From contig NZ_CP142525.1 of NCBI RefSeq assembly GCF_051097895.1, forward strand, positions 1,320,001-1,352,000: a DNA stretch of 32,000 bases. Direction: 5' to 3'. Position numbers and translations under genes: made by a program. Positions 1 to 8,728 of this stretch are shown here, piece after piece; within the stretch, counting starts at the first letter, position 1, and each line of letters starts with the position of its first letter. The notes under the pieces are model-generated. The model saw only the letters and a list, made by a program, of their open reading frames with translations. It was not told the DNA's origin and did not search any database. The DNA comes from Psychrobacter sp. HD31 (GTDB lineage: Bacteria; Pseudomonadota; Gammaproteobacteria; Pseudomonadales; Moraxellaceae).

Positions 1-486
1 ATTAACAGAGCCAAATGCCGATTGCGTTAGCCCCATATCTGGCACAAGCCCCCACTTTGCTTCCATGATAGAAAACTTACCATTAGACGAGCTAATCCTT
101 ACATCACAACCCATCACTAATTGCAACCCTGCACCAATACAATGCCCATGGATACTGGCTATTACTGGTACTGGCAACTCACGCCAGCATAAGTTAACTT
201 TTTGAAACATGTTTTGGTAAGGTTTGATTAGCTCCCACATTGCAAAAGTTCTATTTTTAGGGTCATTTAATGAACCTAAATCAATACCGGCACAAAAGTC
301 ATCACCCGAGCCTGTTAAAATCACTGCTCGCACACTTTTGTCTGCTTTAATTTTTTTAGAAACCTTGATGAGTTCTCGTATTAACTCAAAGCTCATTGCA
401 TTTTTTTTGTCGGGTCTATTTAATGTGACTGTCGTAATTTGGTTAGTCGTTTCTACCGTAACATACTTGTAGGGACGGGTGCTCAT
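1..486 (-). CDS. enoyl-CoA hydratase/isomerase (crotonase) family protein, C-terminal part cut by window edge
   Basis: Absent from the ORF track because it runs off the window. My minus-strand translation from the ATG (complement of 484-486) reads MSTRPYKYVTVETTNQITTVTLNRPDKKNAMSFELIRELIKV...ILTGSGDDFCAGIDLGSL...HGHCIGAGLQLVMGCDVRISS...EAKWGLVPDMG. These are the crotonase-fold signature segments. Confidence 0.85.
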   Translation of the reverse strand, partial: MSTRPYKYVTVETTNQITTVTLNRPDKKNAMSFELIRELIKVSKKIKADKSVRAVILTGSGDDFCAGIDLGSLNDPKNRTFAMWELIKPYQNMFQKVNLCWRELPVPVIASIHGHCIGAGLQLVMGCDVRISSSNGKFSIMEAKWGLVPDMGLTQSAFGSVN

Positions 487-617
487 ATATCATCCTTAAT
501 ATCTAATTAATACCTAGCTAAGTAATAGTGAAAAAAAGCTGCTATTGGTTTTCTATTCTAACCACAGACTATGCTAATAAGTTAAAAAAATAAGAACACG
601 CCAGTCATTTACGATAT

Positions 618-3600
618 TTAAATCATTTTCCACGTCATGTCATCTTCTTTAAATCGATGATATTTAAGCTCTGCCCATGGTGATAAATCTTGTTTAGCAA
701 GGTTATCTAATGCTATAAGCAGCTCATCATAATTGGTTTGCAACACCTCAATATCTTGCAAATTGATATTTGTTTTCGCCTCATCTGTGTTTGGTTGCAT
801 TGCCGTTCGCTCAATATGTTGTTGGCACACATCCTCTAAATTTTGGCTAGCATGGCGGATTTGTGGCACACCAGCATATCGGCTTGCGCCCAAAATACGA
901 TGACTAATTTGCGATAATTGTTCAATATCATTTGCTTGCCAAGCTTGCTGCAGTGCTTGTTTTTCACCACTAACCGAATCAATCATCATAATGATTAATT
1001 GCGAGGCTAAGTCTGGCTTATTGACAGAGCGTGTGAGTGCGTCTTCCCAATCAATCACAGCCAACTCTGTTTGCATATTTATTTGGCTGTTAACATGCCC
1101 GTTTTGTTGGTTATCTACAAAGGTTGGGCTTGTATGATTTCCCGTTAAGCCAGGATTAAGCTTGCTTGTTTTTGGAGTTTGCCCTGTTTTATTACCCAGC
1201 CATTTTTGCAAAATTTGTACCAATTGCTGCTGATTAATTGGCTTACCAACATAATCATCAATCCCTGAGCGCATTAGCTTATCTCGCTCATCTGACATGC
1301 CATGTGCCGTTAGTGCAACAATAGGTATTTGTGGCTCATTGCTATCAATTCTACGGATTTGTGCCGCTGCTTGATGCCCTGACATCCGTGGCATTTGGAT
1401 ATCCATAAAAATCAAATCAATTGGTTTTTTATCTACGCCACTTTCACTCGCATTATTTTGCATGCTCACAATTTCTATGGCATCAAAACCACTATTGGCT
1501 GTCACCACCTCAATACCAAATTCATCAAGCAAGGCTTCTAAAACCAGCAAGTTAGGCGGATGGTCATCTACTGCCAATACTCGATAGCCCTGCCAACGTG
1601 GTGCCTCCTGAACGGGTTTTGCCACCTCATTATCTTTAGAGTCAAACATGGCATACAACTGATTTTTATTAAGCGGCTCATACAATGGATAAGCTTGATA
1701 TTTATTGAGCAGTTGCATATCCAATGCCACTTGATAGCCATAAACGCCTAAACGTCCTTGATAATGTAACCTAATTTGTTTTAGCAATGCCGTCATATTA
1801 TCTTGGGTTTCATTGGTATCGCTATCTACAATTACCCAATCAAACTGATTCGCTTGTTCTTCTAATTTATCCAGCGTGCTGGCTAAACTGTTGGTAATCG
1901 TTATTTTAATTGGTAGTGGCTGTAAGCTTGCCTGTAATACTTGGATACTGGCAGGGTGATTAATCCATGCTAATACCCGCAGTTGCGTATCATCGCTTGC
2001 TAATAGTGACGGTGGCATCTCTATTTCTGGTAAAACAACATCGCCAGCATTTTCTACATCCAACACATCTACTTGTGCAGGCAAACTAAACCAAAAGGTA
2101 GAACCATGGGTGGCAATGTTTTCTACTTTATTGTCTAAATAACCAATGCGTCCGCCCATTAAGCGGGTCAACTGCTGAGAAATAACCAGCCCTAACCCAG
2201 TACCACCGTATTGGCGGGTAATGCTTGGGTCACCTTGCGTAAAGCTTTTAAATAGCTGCGCTCTGTCTTGCTCGCTTACGCCTCGACCAGAGTCTTGCAC
2301 ACTAATGTTTAAGTAGTTTTCTTTGTTATCATCTAGCTTAACGGTCACCACAATTTCGCCATCATCGGTAAATTTAATGGCATTGCCAACAAGATTGGTC
2401 ATCACTTGTTTCATCCGCAACGCATCACCAATAACACGCATAGGTACATCGTTATAAAACACAACCGCCATGCGTAGCCCTTTTTCACTGGCTAAAGGCG
2501 ATAACATGTCTGCCACTTCATAAATGGTTTCAAAAAAATTGTACTCATGGTTATCTAAAACCAACTTGCCTGCCTCAATTTTAGAAAAATCAAGGACATC
2601 ATTGACTAATGCCAATAAATGAGCAGATGATTTACGGATGGTTTGCACATACAGGTTTTGTTCAGCATTCAGCCCATCATGCCGTGCCAACAAATTAACA
2701 AACCCATCAATACTGTTGAGTGGTGTGCGCAGTTCATGGCTAATGTTTGCCAAAAATGCTGATTTGGCTTGGCTGGTAGAAATTGCCATATCTCTTGCAT
2801 TACGGATAGAGATATTTTGCATTTCCATTTCATCAAATGCCTGACGTAAGTCATCTTCGGTTTGTTCGGCATGTTCTCTTAATTCATTAAAACTTTTATT
2901 TAAGCGGATACATGTCTCTTGCAAGTCTCTTGATAATAACAGTACCTCGCCTTTTGATTTAATTTTAACGGGCTCGTCTAAGGTGTCGGCACGCATTTTT
3001 TGTAAATGCAGGCGCATTTCATATATAGGTGCAAGCCAACGTGAGGCATAGCTTTGTAAGCTAAATAGTAAAAGTAATAACGTTAATAAACACGTCACTG
3101 TTAATGTTAATAAAATGCGGTATCTTGCTAACTTTATCGGTTGATTATCCATATCAACAATTAGCCAATATTGCTCGGTACTTGTTTGCCTAACCGGCAA
3201 GCCATATGCCGTACCTACCTCTGTTTTTACCTTTGTGATAAAGGTTGATGTTTTATCTGCATCAGTAGCATTTTGTTGGTCGTTATTTTTTTGGTTTTCT
3301 GCTTGATTAGATAATTTTTTTGCCAAATTACCCCAAGACTTTTGGGTTTCAAAACCTGTTGATTTAATCACCTCACCATGGCTATTTACAATAGCCACTC
3401 GGTTTAGCTTAGTATCTGACTGTACAGACAATAAAACTTGTTGTAGCATTTCATCATTAGTTGACCCAAGTAGGTATGGTAGGTTTTGAGAAATGATGGG
3501 TTGATAACGAATCAATACCGATTTAGCTATCGCTTGTTGTTCATGTAGCGTCGCTCGTTGGGTTTCTTTATAAACCAGCACCGCACCAACAATTGCCAAC

Positions 3601-3683
3601 AAACAAATTGGAAAAAACACCAACACAATCAGCTGTCCATAAGCACTGCGTAAATTCAAATGTCGTTTGCTAATTATTGCCAT
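618..3683 (-). CDS. gacS: hybrid sensor histidine kinase/response regulator with HPt domain (GacS/BarA type)
   Basis: 1021 aa. Two TM segments flank a periplasmic region, followed by a HAMP-like linker. H-box SHELRTPLNS; ATPase boxes GNAIKFT, DSGRGV, GGTGLGL. Receiver domain VLAVDDHPPN...DLIFMDIQMP...VALTAH...GKP. C-terminal HPt SHRILGASRYAG. Divergent from cysM, the arrangement known for lemA/gacS in Pseudomonas. The symbol is inferred from architecture plus synteny. Confidence 0.8.
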   Translation of the reverse strand: MAIISKRHLNLRSAYGQLIVLVFFPICLLAIVGAVLVYKETQRATLHEQQAIAKSVLIRYQPIISQNLPYLLGSTNDEMLQQVLLSVQSDTKLNRVAIVNSHGEVIKSTGFETQKSWGNLAKKLSNQAENQKNNDQQNATDADKTSTFITKVKTEVGTAYGLPVRQTSTEQYWLIVDMDNQPIKLARYRILLTLTVTCLLTLLLLLFSLQSYASRWLAPIYEMRLHLQKMRADTLDEPVKIKSKGEVLLLSRDLQETCIRLNKSFNELREHAEQTEDDLRQAFDEMEMQNISIRNARDMAISTSQAKSAFLANISHELRTPLNSIDGFVNLLARHDGLNAEQNLYVQTIRKSSAHLLALVNDVLDFSKIEAGKLVLDNHEYNFFETIYEVADMLSPLASEKGLRMAVVFYNDVPMRVIGDALRMKQVMTNLVGNAIKFTDDGEIVVTVKLDDNKENYLNISVQDSGRGVSEQDRAQLFKSFTQGDPSITRQYGGTGLGLVISQQLTRLMGGRIGYLDNKVENIATHGSTFWFSLPAQVDVLDVENAGDVVLPEIEMPPSLLASDDTQLRVLAWINHPASIQVLQASLQPLPIKITITNSLASTLDKLEEQANQFDWVIVDSDTNETQDNMTALLKQIRLHYQGRLGVYGYQVALDMQLLNKYQAYPLYEPLNKNQLYAMFDSKDNEVAKPVQEAPRWQGYRVLAVDDHPPNLLVLEALLDEFGIEVVTANSGFDAIEIVSMQNNASESGVDKKPIDLIFMDIQMPRMSGHQAAAQIRRIDSNEPQIPIVALTAHGMSDERDKLMRSGIDDYVGKPINQQQLVQILQKWLGNKTGQTPKTSKLNPGLTGNHTSPTFVDNQQNGHVNSQINMQTELAVIDWEDALTRSVNKPDLASQLIIMMIDSVSGEKQALQQAWQANDIEQLSQISHRILGASRYAGVPQIRHASQNLEDVCQQHIERTAMQPNTDEAKTNINLQDIEVLQTNYDELLIALDNLAKQDLSPWAELKYHRFKEDDMTWKMI

Positions 3684-3860
3684 TTATCTTACCGTAAAAA
3701 TTTATTATCAAAATAAACCAAAATGTATAAAATTATTGTAACAGGTTAACCCAAGATAAAATATAGGATAACTGACCTCATTAAATAAAACTGCTACAAT
3801 GTTTTTTATTCGTACATTAATATTGATATATCAAGATACCACTTTATTATAGAGACCATT

Positions 3861-4808
3861 ATGCCAACAAAAAATTTTATAACTCAAACAACACGCCTAG
3901 CAGACTGCCTAGGCAATACGCCATTAGTTGAGCTACAACGTTTGGGAGAAAATATCATCAAAGATAAAAACATCACCTTACTTGCTAAATTAGAAGGCAA
4001 TAATCCTGCTGGCTCAGTAAAAGATCGTCCAGCATTTAATATGATTTTGCAAGCAGAACAACGTGGTGACATTAAACCTGGTGATACCTTAATTGAAGCC
4101 ACCAGTGGTAATACAGGTATTGCTTTAGCCATGGTTGCCGCCATGCGTGGTTATAACATGATACTCATTATGCCGGCTAACTCTACTCAAGAACGTAAAG
4201 ATGCCATGCGTGCCTATGGTGCTACGTTAATTGATTTTGATGGCAGTATTGAAGAGTCGCGTGATTTAGCTCTACAAATGCAAGCAGAAGGTAAAGGCAT
4301 TGTATTAAACCAGTTTGCTAACCCAGATAATAAAGAAGCGCATTACCTAACCACAGGACCAGAAATCTGGCAACAAACAAATGGTAAGGTCACTCACTTT
4401 ATTAGCTCTATGGGTACCACAGGCACAATTTCTGGTACAGGTAAATACTTAAAAGAGCAAAACCCAGACATACAGATTATTGGTTTACAACCTGCCGATG
4501 ATGCCCAAATTGCCGGCATCCGTAAATGGGGCGCCGATTATATACCAGAAATTTTTGATAAAAGTGTGGTCGATAGGGTCATTGATGTGCCTCAGCTTGA
4601 AGCAGAAATCACCATGAGAAAACTGGCTAAACAAGAAGGTGTTTTTGCTGGAGTTTCTTCTGGCGGTGCAGCCTGGGGTGCATTAAAAGTTGCAGAAGAA
4701 ATCGCAAAAAACATCCAATCAGATGATCCAGATGCCGTGATTGTATTTATTGTTTGCGACCGTGGCGATAGATACTTATCAACAGGGTTGTATGGTATTG
4801 AAGACTAA
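3861..4808 (+). CDS. cysM: cysteine synthase B (O-acetylserine sulfhydrylase B)
   Basis: 315 aa. Near-collinear with E. coli CysM as I recall it: GNTPLVELQRL, LEGNNPAGSVKDRPA (PLP lysine), EATSGNTGIALAM, SSMGTTGTI, GVSSGGA, CDRGDRYLSTG. Confidence 0.93.
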   Translation: MPTKNFITQTTRLADCLGNTPLVELQRLGENIIKDKNITLLAKLEGNNPAGSVKDRPAFNMILQAEQRGDIKPGDTLIEATSGNTGIALAMVAAMRGYNMILIMPANSTQERKDAMRAYGATLIDFDGSIEESRDLALQMQAEGKGIVLNQFANPDNKEAHYLTTGPEIWQQTNGKVTHFISSMGTTGTISGTGKYLKEQNPDIQIIGLQPADDAQIAGIRKWGADYIPEIFDKSVVDRVIDVPQLEAEITMRKLAKQEGVFAGVSSGGAAWGALKVAEEIAKNIQSDDPDAVIVFIVCDRGDRYLSTGLYGIED

Positions 4809-4829
4809 ACAAAACTAAAAGAGAACGGT

Positions 4830-5594
4830 ATGAGCGCAACGTTAATATTTGATATAGAAACCATCCCAGATGTAGAAACAGGCAAACGCCTAAACCCAGA
4901 ACTTGCAAAGCTAAGCAACGACGATGCACAGCAAGCTTTAGTCGCTATCAGACAAGAAGAAGCTGGCAGCGATTTTATGCGTTTGCCACTACACAAAATT
5001 GCTTGTATCTCTTTTTTGTGGGTAGAAGACAATCAATTGACGCTAAAAACCTTATCACTCAATGATATGAGTGAAGAACAAATTTTAACCACCTTTTTTA
5101 GGGCGTTTAATAAACAACCCACCTTAGTTTCATGGAATGGTACCGGCTTTGATGTGCCTGTTTTACTCTATCGAGCCATGTTACACAAGCTTTCTGCTCC
5201 TGCTTTATTTAACCCAAAACAACGCCCCGACTACCTTTACCGCTATGGCGATATGCACATTGATTTAATGGATAAATTGTCTATGTTTAACGGTTATAAC
5301 CGCCAAACCTTGGATGTAGTTGCAAGCCTTTGCGGTTTTGCTGGCAAACAAGATGTAAACGGCAGTATGGTGGTTGATTTGGTTAAAGCTGATGAATGGG
5401 ATAACCTGCACACATACTGTGAAAGTGACGTTTTAAACACATGGTTAATATACCTGCGTTGGCAACTATTGGTTGGCAACATAGATAACGAGCAAGCGAC
5501 TTATTTAGAGCAAAGCACCAAAGAGTACCTTTGTGCTCATACCAACGAAGCCGGCAATATAACACACCAAAAGTTTTTAGATGCGTGGGCTTAA
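4830..5594 (+). CDS. predicted 3'-5' exonuclease, PolB-exonuclease-like (RNase H-like fold), function uncharacterised
   Basis: 254 aa. DEDDy-type motifs: FDIETIP (Exo I), WNGTGFDVPVL (Exo II), YCESDVLNT (Exo III). Starts 21 nt after the cysM stop. Confidence 0.7.
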   Translation: MSATLIFDIETIPDVETGKRLNPELAKLSNDDAQQALVAIRQEEAGSDFMRLPLHKIACISFLWVEDNQLTLKTLSLNDMSEEQILTTFFRAFNKQPTLVSWNGTGFDVPVLLYRAMLHKLSAPALFNPKQRPDYLYRYGDMHIDLMDKLSMFNGYNRQTLDVVASLCGFAGKQDVNGSMVVDLVKADEWDNLHTYCESDVLNTWLIYLRWQLLVGNIDNEQATYLEQSTKEYLCAHTNEAGNITHQKFLDAWA

Positions 5595-5624
5595 ACTGCC
5601 AGTTTAATCAACACTCGTTTAATA

Positions 5625-5658
5625 AAAGAAGACGCTTAAACATAAGCGTCTTCTTTTT
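5625..5658 (+). terminator. rho-independent terminator after the exonuclease gene
   Basis: Perfect 11-bp stem GAAGACGCTTA (5628-5638) / TAAGCGTCTTC (5643-5653), 4-nt loop, then a T-rich tail. Confidence 0.75.
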
Positions 5659-5719
5659 CTTAGCTCAATAACCATAAAACTGCTTTCCATTAAAAAAAAT
5701 TATTGATATATTAACCAAC

Positions 5720-5759
5720 AGGAATAAGGACTATTCCTATATTCAGTTTGACCTGAATA
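5720..5759 (+). promoter_or_regulatory. two adjacent 7-bp-stem hairpins/palindromes in the aldB upstream region
   Basis: AGGAATA-AGGAC-TATTCCT (5720-5738) and TATTCAG-TTTGAC-CTGAATA (5740-5759). Either an RNA leader structure or a protein operator; function unknown. Confidence 0.3.
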
Positions 5760-5812
5760 GTTGCTTGTTTCTATTTTTTATACAATTATTTAAAAATACA
5801 AGGATGTTAATT

Positions 5813-7339
5813 ATGTTATTTGCAAACCCCAATACCCCCAAAAGCTCAGTCCAATTTAGAGACACTTACGATAATTTCATTAATGGCGAGTGGATTGCCC
5901 CAGTTGGTGGCGACTATTTTGACGATACCAGCCCAATCAACGGGCAAAAAATATGTCGAGTCGCTCGCTCTCAAGCTGCTGATATAGAAGTGGCACTCGA
6001 TGCTGCTCATGCCGCTAAAGACGCATGGGGAAAAACCAGCCCGGCGGAACGTGCGGCTATTTTGCTTAAGATAGCAGATAAAATTGAAGAAAACTTACAA
6101 GATATTGCCATTGCCGAAACTTATGAAAACGGCAAACCCGTAAGAGAAACCTTAGCCGCAGATATACCGCTAGCCGTCGACCATTTTAGATATTTTGCCG
6201 CCGCCATCCGCACTCAAGAGGGTGGGATTAGCGAAATTGATCATGACACCGTTGCTTATCATTTCCATGAGCCATTGGGCGTCGTTGGGCAAATTATACC
6301 GTGGAACTTCCCTATTTTAATGGCTGCCTGGAAAATTGCACCTGCACTTGCCACAGGCAACTGTGTGGTTATGAAACTTGCTGAACAAACCCCCGCCTCT
6401 TTTTTGTATCTACTCGATAAAATTGGCATACAAGATATTTTGCCAAAAGGCGTGTTAAATGTTGTTAACGGTTTTGGTATTGAAGCTGGTAAACCTTTGG
6501 CTTCTAACCCTCGTATCGCAAAAGTTGCCTTTACAGGTGAAACGGGCACAGGCAGCCTAATCATGAACTACGCAAGCAAAAATATTATCCCAGTTACATT
6601 AGAACTTGGCGGTAAGAGTCCTAACATCTTTTTTGAAGACATTATGGACAAAGATGATGACTTTTTAGATAAAGCGGTTGAAGGTTTAGTGATGTTTGCG
6701 TTAAACCAAGGCGAAGTTTGTACCTGCCCATCACGCGCACTAGTTCATGAAAGTATTTATGATAAATTTATAGAAAGATGTGTCGAGCGCGTAAAAGCCA
6801 TTAAACTTGGCAATCCATTAGACCTAGAGACTATGGTAGGTGCTCAAGCCAGCCAAGAACAAATGGAAAAAATAAAATCTTACCTAGAAATTGGCAAACA
6901 AGAAGGTGGTAAAGTGCTAATTGGTGGCGATGTAGATAAAAGAGAAGGTGAGTTTGAAAACGGCTGCTATATTCAACCAACAATTTTTGAAGGCTCAAAT
7001 GATATGCGAGTATTCCAAGAAGAGATTTTTGGACCTGTACTATCGGTTGCCAAGTTTAGTAGTGATGAAGAAGCCATGCATATAGCAAATGACACTAGCT
7101 ATGGTTTAGGAGCAGGCATTTGGACACGCAATATCAACAAAGCCTACCGGTTTGGGCGTGGTATTCAGGCAGGTCGAGTATGGACAAACTGCTACCACTT
7201 ATACCCTGCTCATGCCGCGTTTGGTGGATACAAGCAATCAGGTATTGGACGTGAAAACCACATAATGATGCTAGAACATTATCAACAAACTAAAAACATG
7301 TTGGTATCCTACAGCCCTAAAGCTATGGGATTCTTTTAA
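5813..7339 (+). CDS. aldB: NAD(P)-dependent aldehyde dehydrogenase (AldB/ExaC-like)
   Basis: Near-collinear with E. coli AldB from memory: [17 protein letters not shown], catalytic [60 protein letters not shown] chose the ATG at 5813 (AAGGA at 5800-5804, 8-nt spacing) over the TTG at 5765 used by the ORF track. Confidence 0.92.
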   Translation: MLFANPNTPKSSVQFRDTYDNFINGEWIAPVGGDYFDDTSPINGQKICRVARSQAADIEVALDAAHAAKDAWGKTSPAERAAILLKIADKIEENLQDIAIAETYENGKPVRETLAADIPLAVDHFRYFAAAIRTQEGGISEIDHDTVAYHFHEPLGVVGQIIPWNFPILMAAWKIAPALATGNCVVMKLAEQTPASFLYLLDKIGIQDILPKGVLNVVNGFGIEAGKPLASNPRIAKVAFTGETGTGSLIMNYASKNIIPVTLELGGKSPNIFFEDIMDKDDDFLDKAVEGLVMFALNQGEVCTCPSRALVHESIYDKFIERCVERVKAIKLGNPLDLETMVGAQASQEQMEKIKSYLEIGKQEGGKVLIGGDVDKREGEFENGCYIQPTIFEGSNDMRVFQEEIFGPVLSVAKFSSDEEAMHIANDTSYGLGAGIWTRNINKAYRFGRGIQAGRVWTNCYHLYPAHAAFGGYKQSGIGRENHIMMLEHYQQTKNMLVSYSPKAMGFF

Positions 7340-7364
7340 ACTTAATTCAAGTCCTATTTTACAT

Positions 7365-7397
7365 AAAAAAAGACGCTTAAATTTAAGCGTCTTTTTT
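7365..7397. terminator. bidirectional rho-independent terminator shared by convergent aldB and cydX
   Basis: AAGACGCTTAA (7370-7380) / TTAAGCGTCTT (7383-7393), flanked by an A-run on the left and a T-run on the right. Confidence 0.75.
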
Positions 7398-7420
7398 GTA
7401 TTGTTTTCAACCTAATAAAC

Positions 7421-7543
7421 TTAGTGTTTATCTTTTCTGTTGTAAGATTCGTTACGGCTTTCTTCGCTTTCTAACCACATTGCATTCATTACTGCAAGCA
7501 AAATAGCAAAGCCTAACCCTAATATCCAAGCAAAATACCACAT
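7421..7543 (-). CDS. cydX: cytochrome bd-I oxidase small subunit CydX
   Basis: Not in the ORF track (40 aa). My translation is MWYFAWILGLGFAILLAVMNAMWLESEESRNESYNRKDKH, with the N-terminal MWYFxWILG signature of CydX/YbgT. AGGAG lies 8 nt upstream. Starts 25 nt after the cydB stop. Confidence 0.88.
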   Translation of the reverse strand: MWYFAWILGLGFAILLAVMNAMWLESEESRNESYNRKDKH

Positions 7544-7568
7544 AGTTAATCTCCTAAATTATTAACAG

Positions 7569-8717
7569 TTAGTAAACCGTGTGATCATTTTCACGGATAT
7601 AAGCCTTAGTAACTTTACCACGCATAATTGCATATGCATAACTGGTATAAGTTAGTACGATTGGTAAGAAAATAACCACAACGTATAGCATAATCATCAG
7701 CGTTAAATGGCTAGATACGCTATCCCAAACTGTTAAGCTTGAATTTGCGAAAGTAGATGATGGCATCACAAATGGGAATAAAGATACGCCCGCTGTCATA
7801 ATCACACCAACGACTGCAAGGCTAGACGTTACAAATGCCGTTAGCGTCCAACGAGCTTTCATTAGCAATACGGTTAGTAATGGCATCACCACACCAAGCG
7901 CAGGGAACACCCATAAAGCTGGCATTTTGTTGTAATTTGCCATCCAAGCACCTGCCTCACGTGTTACCTCTTTAACATTTGGATTTGCAACACCTTGTGG
8001 ATCAATAGTAGAGGTGATGACATAACCAGGGATAGATTGTAACCAAACACCAGCGGCAATAAATAGTACGACCATTAAAACTGCCGCAATTGATGCAAAC
8101 TTAATTGTACGATCTTGTACTGATTCAACCGTACGATGGGCAAGATAAGCACCACCCTGCATAATCAGCATCGTAGCACTGACCAAACCACATACCAATG
8201 CAAATGGATTTAACAATGCCCAAAATGAACCAGTGTAAGTAGATACCATGTTGTTATCAAAGCTAAACGGCACACCTAAAAATAGATTACCAAAAGCCAC
8301 ACCAAACACCACCGCAGGTACAAATGAGCCTGCAAACAATGCCCAGTCCCATGCACCACGCCAAGTTGGGTTATGCACCATACTGCGGTATTTAAAACCA
8401 ACAGGACGGAAGAACAATGCCCATAGCACCGCAATTAACGCCCAATAAAAGCCACTAAATGCCGTTGCATAAACCAGTGGCCATGCAGCAAAAATTGCAC
8501 CACCACCTGTAATAAACCAAACTTGGTTACCTTCCCAGTGAGGACCGACGGTATTAATCACAACTCGACGCTCTTCATCATCTTTACCAACAAATGGTAA
8601 TAGCGTCATAACACCCATGTCGTGACCATCCATGATGGCGAAACCGATTAACAAGGCACCGACCAATAGCCACCAGATAACCTTTAAGGTTGCATAATCT
8701 AATATCATTAAACTCAT
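7569..8717 (-). CDS. cydB: cytochrome bd ubiquinol oxidase subunit II
   Basis: 382 aa polytopic membrane protein. The MILDYATLKVIWWLLVGALLIGFAIMDGHDMGV N-terminus is typical of CydB. Directly follows cydA; GGAGG RBS. Confidence 0.95.
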   Translation of the reverse strand: MSLMILDYATLKVIWWLLVGALLIGFAIMDGHDMGVMTLLPFVGKDDEERRVVINTVGPHWEGNQVWFITGGGAIFAAWPLVYATAFSGFYWALIAVLWALFFRPVGFKYRSMVHNPTWRGAWDWALFAGSFVPAVVFGVAFGNLFLGVPFSFDNNMVSTYTGSFWALLNPFALVCGLVSATMLIMQGGAYLAHRTVESVQDRTIKFASIAAVLMVVLFIAAGVWLQSIPGYVITSTIDPQGVANPNVKEVTREAGAWMANYNKMPALWVFPALGVVMPLLTVLLMKARWTLTAFVTSSLAVVGVIMTAGVSLFPFVMPSSTFANSSLTVWDSVSSHLTLMIMLYVVVIFLPIVLTYTSYAYAIMRGKVTKAYIRENDHTVY

Positions 8718-8728
8718 GGCTATTCCTC

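Noticed and set aside
224-472. 82-aa plus-strand ORF at the left edge
   Set aside because: It is antisense to the clearly recognisable crotonase-family gene, which the ORF track missed because it is truncated by the window.
3823-3834. Perfect palindrome TTGATATATCAA 27 nt upstream of cysM, resembling FNR/CRP half-sites. The 11-mer TATTGATATAT recurs at 5700-5710.
   Set aside because: The half-site spacing is N2, not the N4 of FNR/ANR boxes. The recurrence is plausibly a chance AT-rich 11-mer or simply TTGATA -35-like hexamers. There is no further support.
5744-5778. Sigma-54-like promoter (TGAC...TTGCT) upstream of aldB, considered because exaC-type aldehyde dehydrogenases are often sigma-54 dependent
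   Set aside because: The GG dinucleotide is GA, and the GG-to-GC spacing is off by one relative to TGGCAC-N5-TTGC.
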